Below are positions 40,601 to 52,708 of a stretch of DNA of 64,000 bases, piece by piece. Positions within the stretch are counted from its first letter, which is position 1. Every line of letters begins with the position of its first letter. The DNA comes from Fistulifera solaris (lineage: Eukaryota): assembly GCA_030295235.1 (NCBI GenBank), contig AP026125.1, forward strand, positions 434,001 through 498,000, in the 5' to 3' direction. Position numbers and translations under genes: made by a program. The notes beneath the pieces were generated by a model. The model was given only the letters and a program-made list of their open reading frames with translations. It ran no database searches and was not told where the DNA came from.

Positions 40601-42613
40601 GTCATCAGTATCGCTGATGCAAAAAACGTGGCTGTTAATGTTCAAATTATTCCACCTGAAATCCCGTTTGGACTTTTTGCAGTCCGAGAAGTACAAGAGT
40701 CGTACATGTCATCATTGGAAGCTGCGAAAATGCTGAGAATGAATGCCGGAGTACTCGGTAAAATTATGGGTCGTCTTCAATTCGAACAGGGCAAGTATGA
40801 TTTGGGCCTCAATTTGAAAACGGCCGATGGAATGTGTGTTCCGGGCTACACTCGCAAGAAGGTCGAAAATGCTCGTAAGGCGGGCAGCCGACAGGTGTGG
40901 TCTGCTGGTGATACTTTGCTCGTCGTTGGAAGCCAAAAGCTACCTGAAAACGGTGACAAAGATGAAAGAATTCAATGGGAATACACCCCGAGAGCCATCA
41001 AGCTTGTAAATGAATACCGTACAAAATTCCCACAGCTCTTTTCAGGTATCATGAAAAACTCCAATGAGAAGAGGTACGATGCAAATGAAATCTTCGGCAA
41101 CAATGGGGAAGCGTGGCTCCCTGTCATTCGCGACTGGTTAGACAAACATGAATCTGCCAAGATACCGAGATCACCTGTTACGACCGAGTCAATGCCTCGT
41201 GAGGCTGTTACGAAAGTAGAAAAATACGCCGCAATTCGCAACCTGGCTCTTCAAAAGAAAGGTTATCCTAAAGAGTCCCTCATAAAGATTCCCGGTAGCG
41301 CATTGTATCGTGAGGGTTCAATAGGAGCTACGGATGTCCTGTTGGCGGCCGACTTGAATAATAGCGAGGCACCGCAATTGGGAGATCGAATCGTAAATCT
41401 GTGCGTTGATGGGATTCCATTCGGTGCTAAAGGGACCGTTATTGGGATCCATGAAGCTGCAACCACTGGATGCGTTGAGGTCGTGATGGACGAAGAATTT
41501 ATGGGAGGAACATCGCTCCAGGGGGCTTGCTCTAACTTCCGAGGCAGGCTATGTCTATGGGCTCATTTGTTGAAGGTAACGCCTGAGAATGCCTCTGCTT
41601 TGGTTGAAAGAATGGTCCCGAAAGCATCAGATAAGGCGAACTCTGATAGAATGAGAGCCATGGTAAACAACCAGGTGGAGCAACACAAGGACTCTGTTAC
41701 CAGCTGGGATGGTCGGAAGGATGAAAGTGTGTCGCTCAAAAACTCGAATGGCAAGCCGCTGCCACAGCAAAGCGACGGAGAATCGCAAACAGTTAAGGCG
41801 AAAAGTCCTCTTCGACCCCAAGCAAAAGCTAGATCGACTTCACGCGACGGGTCATCGGCAAGAGGAAAACAAGGGGCCTGGGAGCAAGCCCGTGGACCTG
41901 ACGAGAAGACTATAGGCTTTCAAGGGAAGAGAACGGCAACAAAAAGCGGCCACAAGCAATGGAAAGAATTAGTTACCAAGAACGAGTCGACTGCGCGAGA
42001 TGCTCCTAAAACTGTGTTGCATCGTCCACCCTCGCAAACAGGCGCTGCTTCGACTGAGGAGGCCACTTTGAAGGCCATTCTCGGCTTGCAACCTCCTCCT
42101 TCGCAGCAAACATTGTCCTCGGCGTCGAAAACGTCGGGTGACTTCGTTACACAACAGACGCCATCTTCAGCCGCCGAGAAACTGAGAGCGCTCATGATTT
42201 CTAGCAGACCAGCTACTGGATCCGGTTTGGGGCCCACGCCGTTCGGCCAGGGGCAAGCGCCCACAGGATTTAACTTTACCTACGTCGAAGAAGGCCAGGA
42301 GCTGCCTCAAGCCATGCCGATAAATGTACCGGGGCCAATTATGCCACAGCATCCATTAATGTATGCACCAATGGGACCCGGGCCGTATCCACTCACAATG
42401 CCGGGCTACAACGGATTTGTACCACTTCAGCAAGGGACTACGACGCAAACCTTCAACTTGAGGAAAACGACACCTGATCGAGCACCAGTGAACGAAGAGG
42501 ACTTCCCGGCTTTGGGAAGCGCACCGAGGAGTCAACAGATGAATGCTGGGCGTCAACCGCGGGTCGACAATGTTATGGTACCATCTGTGCTCGCTAGTAA
42601 ACAAAAAAGATAA
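37668..42613 (+). CDS. XRN1: 5'-3' exoribonuclease 1
   Basis: [74 protein letters not shown], plus long XRN1-type C-terminus. Introns 37683-37771, 37959-38018, 38423-38487, 39326-39386, ~39606-39675. Confidence 0.95.
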
Positions 42614-42643
42614 ACGTCCTCACTATAAATTTAAACGAGCAAG

Positions 42644-45600
42644 TTAACGCCGACCTCCCCCGCGTCCTCCTCTCCCTCTTCCTCCTCTTCGTCCGCCACG
42701 GCCTCTTCCCCGGCCTTGAGATTTAGTCCGCTCAGATCCCTGTTTCCAAGTGTAAGAACCTTAGTTGTTTGTAACAACAGTCCGTCTTGTTTCTTGAAAT
42801 ATTGAGACTTACCTTGAATATCTGAGAAGTATCCTTCATAACTTTGTCTGTGCTAAACGAGCACACGTGCGACAACTCGCCTGATGGCAGGGGTGACTTG
42901 CCACTTTTGAAGTCAACTTGAATCAATTTACAATCAGATCCGTCATCCTTCGAATCTAGGATTGTAAGTTTCTCGATGTCCCTGGACAGATTAACAATCG
43001 TTGGGTTTCGAGTTGCGACCAATCTCCACTTCGGACCAAAATGGGGATCAAGAATCAGAACACCGTCTCCATCAGGATCCTCGGCGACCCTTAATTCTTC
43101 CACAAGAGGATGTTGGTCTGGCAATGGGCATTCCAGTGTCAAGTTTCTCCCAGCAACACGTCTTATTTGCCTTTCCTTTTCCGCATCTTCTCGGTCATCC
43201 GGATCTCCGATGACTTCGTCAAGGTCAAGTGCCCAATCTGGATCGTTGTAGCATCGAGGGCATAAGGGAAAGGTACGCTGCGGCTGTCCTACCGAGTAGA
43301 GACATAACTCGAAATTGCACCCATTAATTGGACAGGTGCGCCCACTCCATTGTTTGACGATTCCGCCGGAAGGCAAGGGGTAAACAGATTCTGTCCACTT
43401 GTTGTAAAGTCTTTCTGGTGGACCTGGTATATACTGCAAATATCTTCTAGTCAAGCCGCAACGAGTAAACGGTTTGCCAATGTCTTCAAGCTTTGAGAAA
43501 GAGCTGGCAAAAGAACATCCATTTTTGAATATTCTGGACAAACCCGTTGTACTTTCCTTTAAACAATGCAAGAGCGCGTTTGACAACCACCTCCCTGCTT
43601 GCTAAGCCTTTTGAAATCTTGTTACACTGATCTTCAATGTCGGATCTTACTCTGGGGAGAACAAGCGAGCTATCAATGAAGTGATATCCTTGTGCCAAAA
43701 CCAAACCGAGTTTCGACGGTATCAATTTCCGACCTGTTTCAAGTGTTACGTAATTGCGCTTTATGACGTTTTCAATGTGCGTAGCAATACTGGCATCTGT
43801 TCCTATCCCATTTTTCTCCATTAAACTGATCAATTCACTCTCTGTGAGATAAGTCGGCGGCGTCGTCATTTTCTCCTTGATGGACAACGTTCCGCGAACG
43901 ACGTCGCCCAGAGCAACATTTACTTTACTAGAGTTTGTGCTCGCTGATGATGTTGCCAAAGGAACTACCTCTCCGATCGTAAATTCAGGAATTTGTTTCT
44001 CTTCTTCCTCCTCCTCGTCATCGTTCTCTTCTCCGTACTCTTTATGCTTTAAAACAGCAAGAAATCCAGGGGATACAATTTCTTTGCCACTTAAAGTAAA
44101 ATGACCTTTATCTCCTAGCGCTGCAATGGAAAAGTCAACTCGAGTTGATCTCCATACTGCATCCGGGCTGACCGTGGCGATGAAATGACGAGCTACGAGC
44201 TCGTACACCCGGGCCATGTCACCCGATAGACCCAGGCCCGATCTCATAATGGTAATCGGTGGGTGATCACCCATGTCGACACCTCCACGAGGCCTCGTAA
44301 CTCCCGTCTGGAGAAGTTCTCGAACATAAGCTCCCCAAGCGGGCTCGGATGTCTGTTGTTGCAACGTCCCGTTTATGTCAAACGATTTGGGATAGGCAGT
44401 TGATTCGGTTCGAGGATAGGAAAGATACCCACTAAGATAAAGTCGCTCAGCTATTTGCATCGCTGAGTGCGGCCCAATGCCCAACGCCTTCGAACAAGCT
44501 TTTAACAAGGCAACCGTGTTCAACGGTGTCGGGCGCCCTTGTTTCTTGTCCTTCGTCACAACGTTCTGAACAACAGCATGTGCCTCATTCTCGACGGCGG
44601 TCTCCTTGAGTGCTTCGACCTTAGCTTTTTGAAAAGATCTTCCTGAATTCCACAAAGCTCTCATCTGTCGGCCACGTTTATAAATACCCAGCTCCAAAAC
44701 CCAGTATGGTTCCGGCTTGAACGTTTCAATATCCAGATGCCTCTGGACACAAAAATCCCAGCGTAGGCGTTTGACAAGGACCGTAGCTCAACACTGCACT
44801 ATCCAAATCTCCGTACCGTCCTTGGAAGTAGCGCGTTTGGAAGCGCGAGAAGGCCACGCCGACTTTGAGGTCCAACTCTTGTCTAGCATCGACAGACAAT
44901 GCTTGATTGCGATCCGGTTTCCCCAGCGCTTGATACGCTTTCTGTATATCCGAAGCATTGATGGCACTAAAGTAAGCACGATACACCCGGTCGTAATTCG
45001 TCCCCGTATTTGACTTTTTCATCAGGTCCATGCAACAATCGAGCACCTCAAAATTGATATTTTCGCCTTCTCGATCGCAATCCATCCAGAGCACAATAAA
45101 ATCCACTCCCGCGGACTGTTCTTTAAGGTGTCGTACCACCGATCCCTGACACGGCTTCTTATCAACGGGGGCGTCAAAGAGTTCGGACGGATCGACCGAA
45201 TCCCACGACTGGTATTGTTGCGGGAAATCCACGGAAAACACGTGTCCGGCCACCGAAGTGACTTTGTGCTTACAAGAGGCTGCCTGAGGCGCTTTGGGAA
45301 AGACGGGCCCCGTGAATTCATGCACGGGTAACTTGGATCGGTGGGTATGGGGACTGCCGTGGCACAAGCCGTGGGCAATGGCTTGTGCAATGCTGGGTTT
45401 TTCCGCGACATGTAGAATCGATATGGATTGGCCCTTGCCGTAATTGATATCACTCGTTTGCTGGGGCTGCGATGGTGGAATGGATGGCGCAACGGCAGTA
45501 TCGGTAGGATTGTCGTTATATTTCGTCTTTTGCAAATTGTTTTGTTTGCCCTTGTTGTTCTTCTTCGGAGGCTTTTTTGCCTCGTCTTGAGTTTTCACGT

Positions 45601-46040
45601 CCGTAGGTTTTGTCCCCTTGTTTTCACTCTTCATCTTTTTTTTGCTTGGTCTTTTTGTCGGAGTCTTCGGCTTTGTTAGATTGGTTTTGTTTTCTTGCCC
45701 CGGTTGATCGTTGTTTTTGGTTCTTTCGTATCGTTTTCAGCATTGGATAAATTCTTTCCTCGTCCCCTGCCGGCATCTCGTCCTCCCGCTCTTCCCCGTC
45801 CGCCAGACCTCCCATCGCCTCTGCCTCCGACGCGGCCTCTACCTTGATCTCGGCCTCCTGCTCGGCCCCGTCCTGGGGTATTGTTTCCTTCCCTTTGTGA
45901 GACGACAGTGTTCAACTCGACAGCAGCTTCCCCTCCGTTGTCGTTATTGCTAGTGTTATTCCTTCCTCGTCCACCGGATCTTCCGCGACCGCCTCGACCC
46001 CTCTTCCGCGTCCACCGCGTGCCGATGGTGGATCTGTCAT
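42644..46040 (-). CDS. TOP3B: Topoisomerase III beta with RGG-rich N- and C-termini
   Basis: VAEKPSIA, TSVAGHVF, WMDCDREGENI, SVDARQELDLKVG, SYGPCQTPTLGF, GYLSYPRTES, GIGTDAS, Cys-rich C-terminus, terminal RGG exon (intron 42740-42812). Several homopolymer frameshifts. Confidence 0.93.
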
Positions 46041-46156
46041 GGTTTCAAATTTGAATAGATAATATCCTTTATAACAAGGATAAGTGTATCTTTGTGGGTG
46101 ATCCTCGGATTGTGTGGTGGTTATTGCGTTGCAGCGCGGGTTGAGTGACGTAGAAC

Positions 46157-46568
46157 GAATTTCCGTCTGCTTCAAGGGTAACTGTATTGACTATAGTCCA
46201 AAGTGTAGCAGCAATTTTCCACGATTGCAATTCAGTCATGATGAAATTTGTGTCGAGCGTCAATGCTGCCTACAAATTGTTCGTTCGCGATATGTTTGAG
46301 CTCCATTCATTTGTCTCGAATGCATCGCAATAGGTTATTGCGGCATTGTCATCTGTATAAATCGAAGAGTCTTGCGAAACAACGTTGTCCTTTCAATTTC
46401 TTTTGGACCAAAGTGTTGTCCGTATTGCGCCACGACTGCATTCAGTCATAAATCAGTATTCGAGCGACGCAGTGCTGCATGACCTTACAATTTGTTCCTT
46501 CGCCTAAATTTCTGAGCTCCATTTGTCATTGTAGCAATAAATTAGTCGTTAGCAGCATTGTATTACAC
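46157..46568 (+). repeat. Intergenic repeat family, locus 2 (two tandem units, ~211-bp period)
   Basis: Cores ccacGATTGcaattCAGTCatg (46223-46237) and ccacGACTGcattCAGTCata (46434-46447). Aligns along its length with the reverse complement of 55292-55757. Confidence 0.85.
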
Positions 46569-46661
46569 TTAAAAGTTTGGCCTACATGTCATGAAAAGTT
46601 GTTGCTATTCCACGAGAGAGAGAAAGGAAGTAAGAACGGTGTTTTATGCTCGACGACTCCA

Positions 46662-47485
46662 TTATGGCAATTGCACCGTTCCCGTCGAAACGGCCCATCG
46701 CACCAATTCCGTACGATTCTTCGTTTGTGTTTTCCGAAACATGGACGTCATGAGTTGTTCCACGCGCCGTGTCGAAAGAAACACACGTTCCGCAATTTCT
46801 TTATTTTTCAAACCCTGACACAAATATTCCAACACTTGGCGTTCGTCGGGAGCCAAAAGACCTGCGTCGCTTGCACCCATCCATTTCCGACACCACCGCC
46901 CCCGCGTTCCAACAAGAGTTGTTTGATTTCCAACAAATCCTTTTGCAATTCTTCCAAACTCACAGTGGTCGCCGCATCGTCTTGTCGTTGCAACACCGCA
47001 TCGACCAATGACACCAATTCGTCTGGATCAAAGGGTTTTGTCAAATACGCATCACACGCCGCTTCGTATCCCGCAATCCGATCTTGCGTTTGTCCTTTGG
47101 CGGTCAACAAGATGACGGGGACCGTCACCAGTCGTTCGTCTTGTCGAATTTTTTGTAGCAATTCCAAACCATCCATTCCACCCGGCATGCGGACATCACT
47201 GACAATGACGTCGGGCACTTGTTCCCCCATCCGTTGAAGGGCCGATTCTCCACTCGCACACGCCGTGACTTGATAGCCTTTTTCGTGCAGCAGGCGACCA
47301 ACGGCCTGACGGATCGATGCTTCGTCATCGACCAATACTAACCACTTCGTGGATCTCCAGGCTTCGTTCGTTGATGATGCTTGTAACGGAAACGAGAGGG
47401 TTTGTGTCTGTGGTAGAAAGGAGTTGGAGACTGGCAAGAAGAACGTGATGAAGCAGCAGCAGCAGCAGCAGCGAAGAATCAACAT
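46662..47485 (-). CDS. ycf29: NarL/LuxR-family response regulator, Ycf29/Rre1-like, nuclear-encoded and predicted plastid-targeted
   Basis: Leader ...PVSNS|FLP; REC domain LVDDE, IVSDVRMP, LLTAKG, YLTKPFDPDEL. After a 1-nt shift near 46856, LuxR HTH ERQVLEYLCQGLKNKEIA..RTELVRWA. Confidence 0.85.
47453..47472. repeat. (GCA)n microsatellite inside the signal peptide
   Basis: gcagcagcagcagcagcagc, read as Cys6 on the minus strand. Confidence 0.9.
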
Positions 47486-47920
47486 GATCGAAGGAACCAC
47501 GTGCGCACAAATCACGCCATCGCGTCGAATGAATTAGCGTTGGAATGAAAGATTCCAGTAAGAAGATGAAGAGGCAAATGATGATGAAAAGGACAACAAC
47601 TACCTCGACATCATCTGCTTCTTGTTTCCTGCAAAAAATAAATTATGTGGTGAGGGGGTGCGCACGTTTTCTTTTTTCTCTACCGTTTCCGCGTCGGTTC
47701 GTCCTTCGCTACGCACCAAAAAAAGTAATCTACTCTTCATGTCAGTGTCGTGAGTACCGGATGCATTGCAACCAACGGATAGGGAACACGATGAAGATGA
47801 TGGTGACGAAACAAATAATGAGAGTGCGGAATAAGGAAAAGAGCGAAGAAAAGCAACAACAACACATTCAAAACAAACCAGAGCCGCTTGAATAGCTTCA
47901 ACATTTCATCGTTCAGCAAC

Positions 47921-49018
47921 ATGATACGAGGAGTTTTTTCGGCACGATCCAGTCTCGTTCGCCGCCATTCCGTGATTGTCACTCGTACGTTCAGTGCGAA
48001 TGCCAATCAGGACACGACACCTTCCAATGTTGACGACACACTCAATAAACTGTTCGCTGAACAACAGGAAGCGTTAAATACAACAACAGACGCATTACAA
48101 ACCGCTTGGGAACCGGTTTGGTACAATTTGGCCGATCAAGCGGTCGTTGCCGTTCAATCCTTTCATGATTTTTCGGGCTTGGAGTACGGCTGGTCGATTG
48201 TGGGTGTCACTATATTGATGCGGTTGGGTTTATTTCCCGTCATGATTCGCGCCCAACAAACAACGTCACGGATGGCACATTTACAACCCGAATTGACGCA
48301 AATCAAAAATCGGTACGAAGCCCTCGGGGCACCGTCGCGACAGGATCAATTGCAATTTTCCAAAACCATGAAAGCACTCTTTGACAAGTACCAAGTCAAG
48401 CCGATGCGCGCCTTTTTGGCGCCGGCCTTGCAGCTGCCACTCTTCATGGGCATGTTCTTTGGTCTCAAGAAAATGCCGTCATTGTATCCCGACGAACTTT
48501 CGACGGGAGGAATGTTCTGGTTTCCCGATTTGACGGCTTCCGATCCGTTGTACATTTTGCCCTTGGCGTCGTCCGGAACATTTTTGTTACTCATTGAAAT
48601 GGGCAAAGACCAAATGTTGGCACAAGATCCGGCGAAAGGACAGCTCATGCTCAATGTCTTTCGCATCATGTCATTGGCCATGTTGCCCGTCTGTTTTAAT
48701 CTGGATTCGGCCATGCTGTGTTACTGGACGGTCAACAATGTCGTGACCATGGGACAAACGGCCATTCTGAAAGCACCCATGGTGCGGAAACAGCTCGGAA
48801 TTTGGGATCCGCCAAAGCCGGTGCCGGGACGGACCCCGGAAACCTTGACGGAAGCGGTGGAGAAATTGGCGAAACGAGTGCGGGGGGATCCTTTGAATGA
48901 AAAGCAACGCATGGAAGAACACAATCAAGCCGTCGAAGCCAAAAAGAAAACGTCCCAAGTCTTTCGACAGACGTCACGAAAAAATTATGGGATTACCGGA
49001 GTCAAGAATCGTCCTTGA
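47921..49018 (+). CDS. OXA1: Mitochondrial inner-membrane insertase Oxa1/YidC
   Basis: Mitochondrial-type presequence; WSIVGVTILMRLGLFP, QLPLFMGMFFGL, GGMFWFPDLTASDPLYILP, LCYWTVNN. Confidence 0.92.
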   Translation: MIRGVFSARSSLVRRHSVIVTRTFSANANQDTTPSNVDDTLNKLFAEQQEALNTTTDALQTAWEPVWYNLADQAVVAVQSFHDFSGLEYGWSIVGVTILMRLGLFPVMIRAQQTTSRMAHLQPELTQIKNRYEALGAPSRQDQLQFSKTMKALFDKYQVKPMRAFLAPALQLPLFMGMFFGLKKMPSLYPDELSTGGMFWFPDLTASDPLYILPLASSGTFLLLIEMGKDQMLAQDPAKGQLMLNVFRIMSLAMLPVCFNLDSAMLCYWTVNNVVTMGQTAILKAPMVRKQLGIWDPPKPVPGRTPETLTEAVEKLAKRVRGDPLNEKQRMEEHNQAVEAKKKTSQVFRQTSRKNYGITGVKNRP

Positions 49019-49129
49019 AGTTAAATGGACACTTAACGGTAAGAAGTCAGTCTGTAGACACACACAAGTTATTGTGAATGATCTTTCTTTAGCATTATGC
49101 GGTGCTTGATGCGAAATGAAATTGAAAGT

Positions 49130-52100
49130 TTAGATCTCATCGCGATCAAAGTTGATGAAAGCATTCTCCTTGCCTAGTTTAGCCTGTGGAGATTGCAAAA
49201 ATCGATCGAGAGCGGTCTGCAAGACGGCATTTTTCTCGTTGGCCATTTCCTTATCGTTCTCCCCATTCGTTGCCATGATGGCTTGACTCATCTTCGCTTT
49301 GCGTTGTTGAAGATTGTAAATGTCTTCATCCACAGTAGCCCTGGAGATGAGACGAATCACCGTGACAGGCTTTTTCTGGCCAATTCGATGGCACCGGTCT
49401 TCCGCTTGCAAATCGGTCGTTGGGTTAAAGTCCAAGTCATGAAAGATGCATGTGTCAGCTGCGGTCAGATTAATGCCCAATCCGCAGGCTTTCGTCGACA
49501 AAAGAAAAATGGGAATGTCGGTGCAACGATTGAACTGATCAATGAGACCCTGTCGCTCGTTGACCGGAGTGCTTCCTTCCATACGAAGATAACTGAGGTT
49601 TAAGGTTTCCAGCAAGCATGATAGCAGATCTAAACAGGAAGTCCAGACGGAAAAGATTAGAATGCGGTGACCGTCAGACACCAACTCCGGTAACATCTTT
49701 CGTAGCTTGATAAACTTCGAAGAGCAAAACAAATCATTCTCGTTCAACACATATCGGTCCAGGTCTGCACGGCGATGCTCATTTTCATCGATGAGTTCCA
49801 ATGCGGAAAGGTGAATCTCAAAATCGTTGAATTTATCAAGTTCTTCCGCCACCTTTTCTTTTGTACAGGCTTCTCCCCGAAACGCTCCATATCGATGAAA
49901 ATAAGTTGTCAAGTGCTCCTTCTCCGACGCAGATAAATAACGAGTGCGCAGTAACAAAGGATGATGAGCCGCCTTCCGCAGCTGTGTAAACAAGTGATCC
50001 TTTGACGCGGAACCACCTTGGCGCTTTGCCTGGATGTGATTTGACAGTAGCGAATCATAAACAGTTCGAGCAGTCGGGTCCAGATCGACCAGCTCAACCT
50101 TCTGCTTTTTCGGGGGCATTACTTGGCTCAGCACGTCGACCTTTCGGCGGCGAAGGACAAATGGCGAGAACAACTGCTTCAGTTTGTCGTAGGCGACTTC
50201 GTCGGAGCCGCTTTTACCGCCTTTGATCGAAACAAAATGCTCCAGCATACTCTCTCCGCCATCGTTTTGCTTCTCGTCATCGAAACTGTCACTTGCCTTT
50301 CTTGAAAACAAAGGCATCAGAAAGCAGAGAAGAGATAGCAACTCCTTGGGAGAATTTTGCACCGGTGTTCCTGTTAGTAGTAATCGGTGATCCGTAATAA
50401 ATTTGTCGAGCGATTTGTACCTAATCCAGTCCAGGTTGAGCGGAAAAGATACTTTGGTAAACGAAAGAATAATCTGGAACGATAAAACATACCTTGTTCC
50501 TTTCGCGTTTTTCAGCTGGTGGGCTTCATCAACAACAAGATAATCGTAGCGAAACTTTCTCAAAAAGCTTCGATCATCCGATTTCTCCTTTTGAAAAAGA
50601 GTAATAGGAGCAAGAATGACATCCAACGGATCCATACCCATCATTCGCTTGCGACCCGGCAAATACAAACGCAGCTTTTCCTGCAATTCCTGACGTTCCG
50701 CCATAGATCCATGATATTTGATCACATGCAGTTGGGGCGCGAAATTCTGGAACTCGCGTTCCCAGTTGGAAAGAACCGAGGCGGGAGCCACCACGAGATG
50801 GGGCTTACGGTCCTCCTCACTCAACTTGGATCGTGGGGAGTGATGGCTGTTCAACCAACTCAGAAACGTAATTGTTTGTGCTGTTTTACCGAGACCCATT
50901 TCTGAAAGGCAATTTATTTGGTGAGACATGGGACATGGAGTATATTGTTCAAACCCATAAAGTCTTACCATCCGCCAAGATGCCGTTGACATTCGAATGC
51001 CCGCGCGAGCCGTTCACTTTGCATTTCATACCATTTAACAGTGCCATCCAGTTGACTCCAATTAGCTGATATTCTGCCAAGGTAATATTGGGGCAGATGC
51101 TCGCCATGACTTCCGTCGAGATCCACTTGTGATCTTTACTATTGTTTTGCGCCATGGTCGACAAGGACAAAGCACCATTCGTAATGAGTCCCATGGTCGC
51201 CGCAGTTCCATCCGACGACGGACTCGACCACCGAGATAACGTCTCCAATATTTGTGCACTGAGTGAATTGGCCTGCTCTAAAATGGATGTGGCTTCTTTG
51301 GCAGCGGGGTCTACGTAATCATCCTGGTCATCGTCTTCCTCAGAAGATTCGTCGAGCAGCATGTTGACCAAATTGGGATCATCTTCATCGATGATTGACT
51401 TGTTTTCTTTCTCACTGCGGCTGATGGCCAATGCCAAAGCAATGGCCTCATCTTCGTCCTCATCTTGATACGCTTGGACCGCAAATTTCTTTGCCTTTTT
51501 CGAACCGTTTGTCTTTAATTTTTCTACCTTTTTGTTCACATCCTGCAGTTTCTTCCGAAGACGACCGGTGAGGGCTGGTTTGCTGTCATCATCGTCGGAA
51601 TCGTGATCAAGTGCATGTTTGGTTGGAGCCGCTTTTTTGGAAGCGAAAATGTCCGAGTCGTCGTCCGATAAACTGCTGACTTTGGTCTCAAATTTCTTTA
51701 GTTTCGTCGCCAAGAAACTGTCGTCATCACTGTCGTCGAGTTTCTTTGCATTATTCTTTGATTTGGTCGCAGGGACACTCTCATCACTGTCATCTATATC
51801 TTTGGTTTCCGACACGAACGTGGCATTCACACAAGAAGGTTGTTTAGTAAAAAATCGAGATTCGTTCGGGGCATCAATAATTTCCAATTCGTCGTCGTCG
51901 GACGACGAAGAGTCATCCAGATGGACTACTTCGGGTTTCTTCTTTGTTGGAAACGCTTTCGGACGACGAGAAGACTGAATTGATGGGTTGCGAGCCGGCG
52001 GAGGTTTGCTCACGCGTCGTTTCGTGAGATTCAAGAACGTATCCAAGTCTTCTTCGGAATCCGATTCTTCCTCTACTTCACTCAACTCCTCGTCACTTTT

Positions 52101-52292
52101 CACAATGAAACTATCCATCGAATCACCATCTTCCTGTGGGTGTTTCAAAACTTTGCGAGCGACCGGCTTCCCTTTGGCAGCCTTATTGGGCTTTTTCTTA
52201 AGGTGACGCGCGGCCAGGGCCATTTGTCGGTCTCGGGCAATGAGATCGTCATCCCGACCGCGTTTTTTCGTCGTCAACCATCCGCTGGGCAT
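49130..52292 (-). CDS. SMARCAD1: SNF2-family remodeller SMARCAD1/Fun30/ETL1
   Basis: Long acidic N-terminus; LAEYQLIGVNWM, GILAD|EMGLGKT (intron 50902-50968), PASVLSNWEREF, VDEAHQLKN, LRKAAHHPLLLR, QAEDRCHRIGQKKPV. Second in-frame intron ~50421-50491. Confidence 0.88.
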
Positions 52293-52408
52293 TTTTTGAG
52301 AATCGTGTGAACTTGAATGGGATGTACAATGTTATGAAGATGGAAGTTTTGACTCGTAAAACAATAATAAAATAAAAATGACGCAGATTGTTCGTGTCGC
52401 AGTTTCTG

Positions 52409-52418
52409 TTTTGGCGCC
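52409..52418. promoter_or_regulatory. E2F-like site TTTTGGCGCC in the divergent SMARCAD1/HA-gene promoter
   Basis: Matches TTTSSCGC, ~120 bp upstream of the SMARCAD1 ATG. Confidence 0.45.
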
Positions 52419-52708
52419 TTTTTGCGGCAAAACTGCTTCCGACGTCGGACGACGACAGACACAAGCCTGCCGGACCAATGCTGCGCGCCGGCCGGACGTG
52501 ACCTTCTATGAAAATTTCAAAAATTGAAAGGGCGCTCACGCGCCGGTCTGCCTCTGAAATTCTACACATACTACGTAGTCACGTAGAAAGTGTACTGGCC
52601 CTAGTTTTTCGAACTCATTTTTCACCAAAAAATCTCAAGATTTCGAGCAGATCTCATTCTATCACAACGTTCGAAACGTTCTACTAGTACTGTATCCATA
52701 GCATTATC

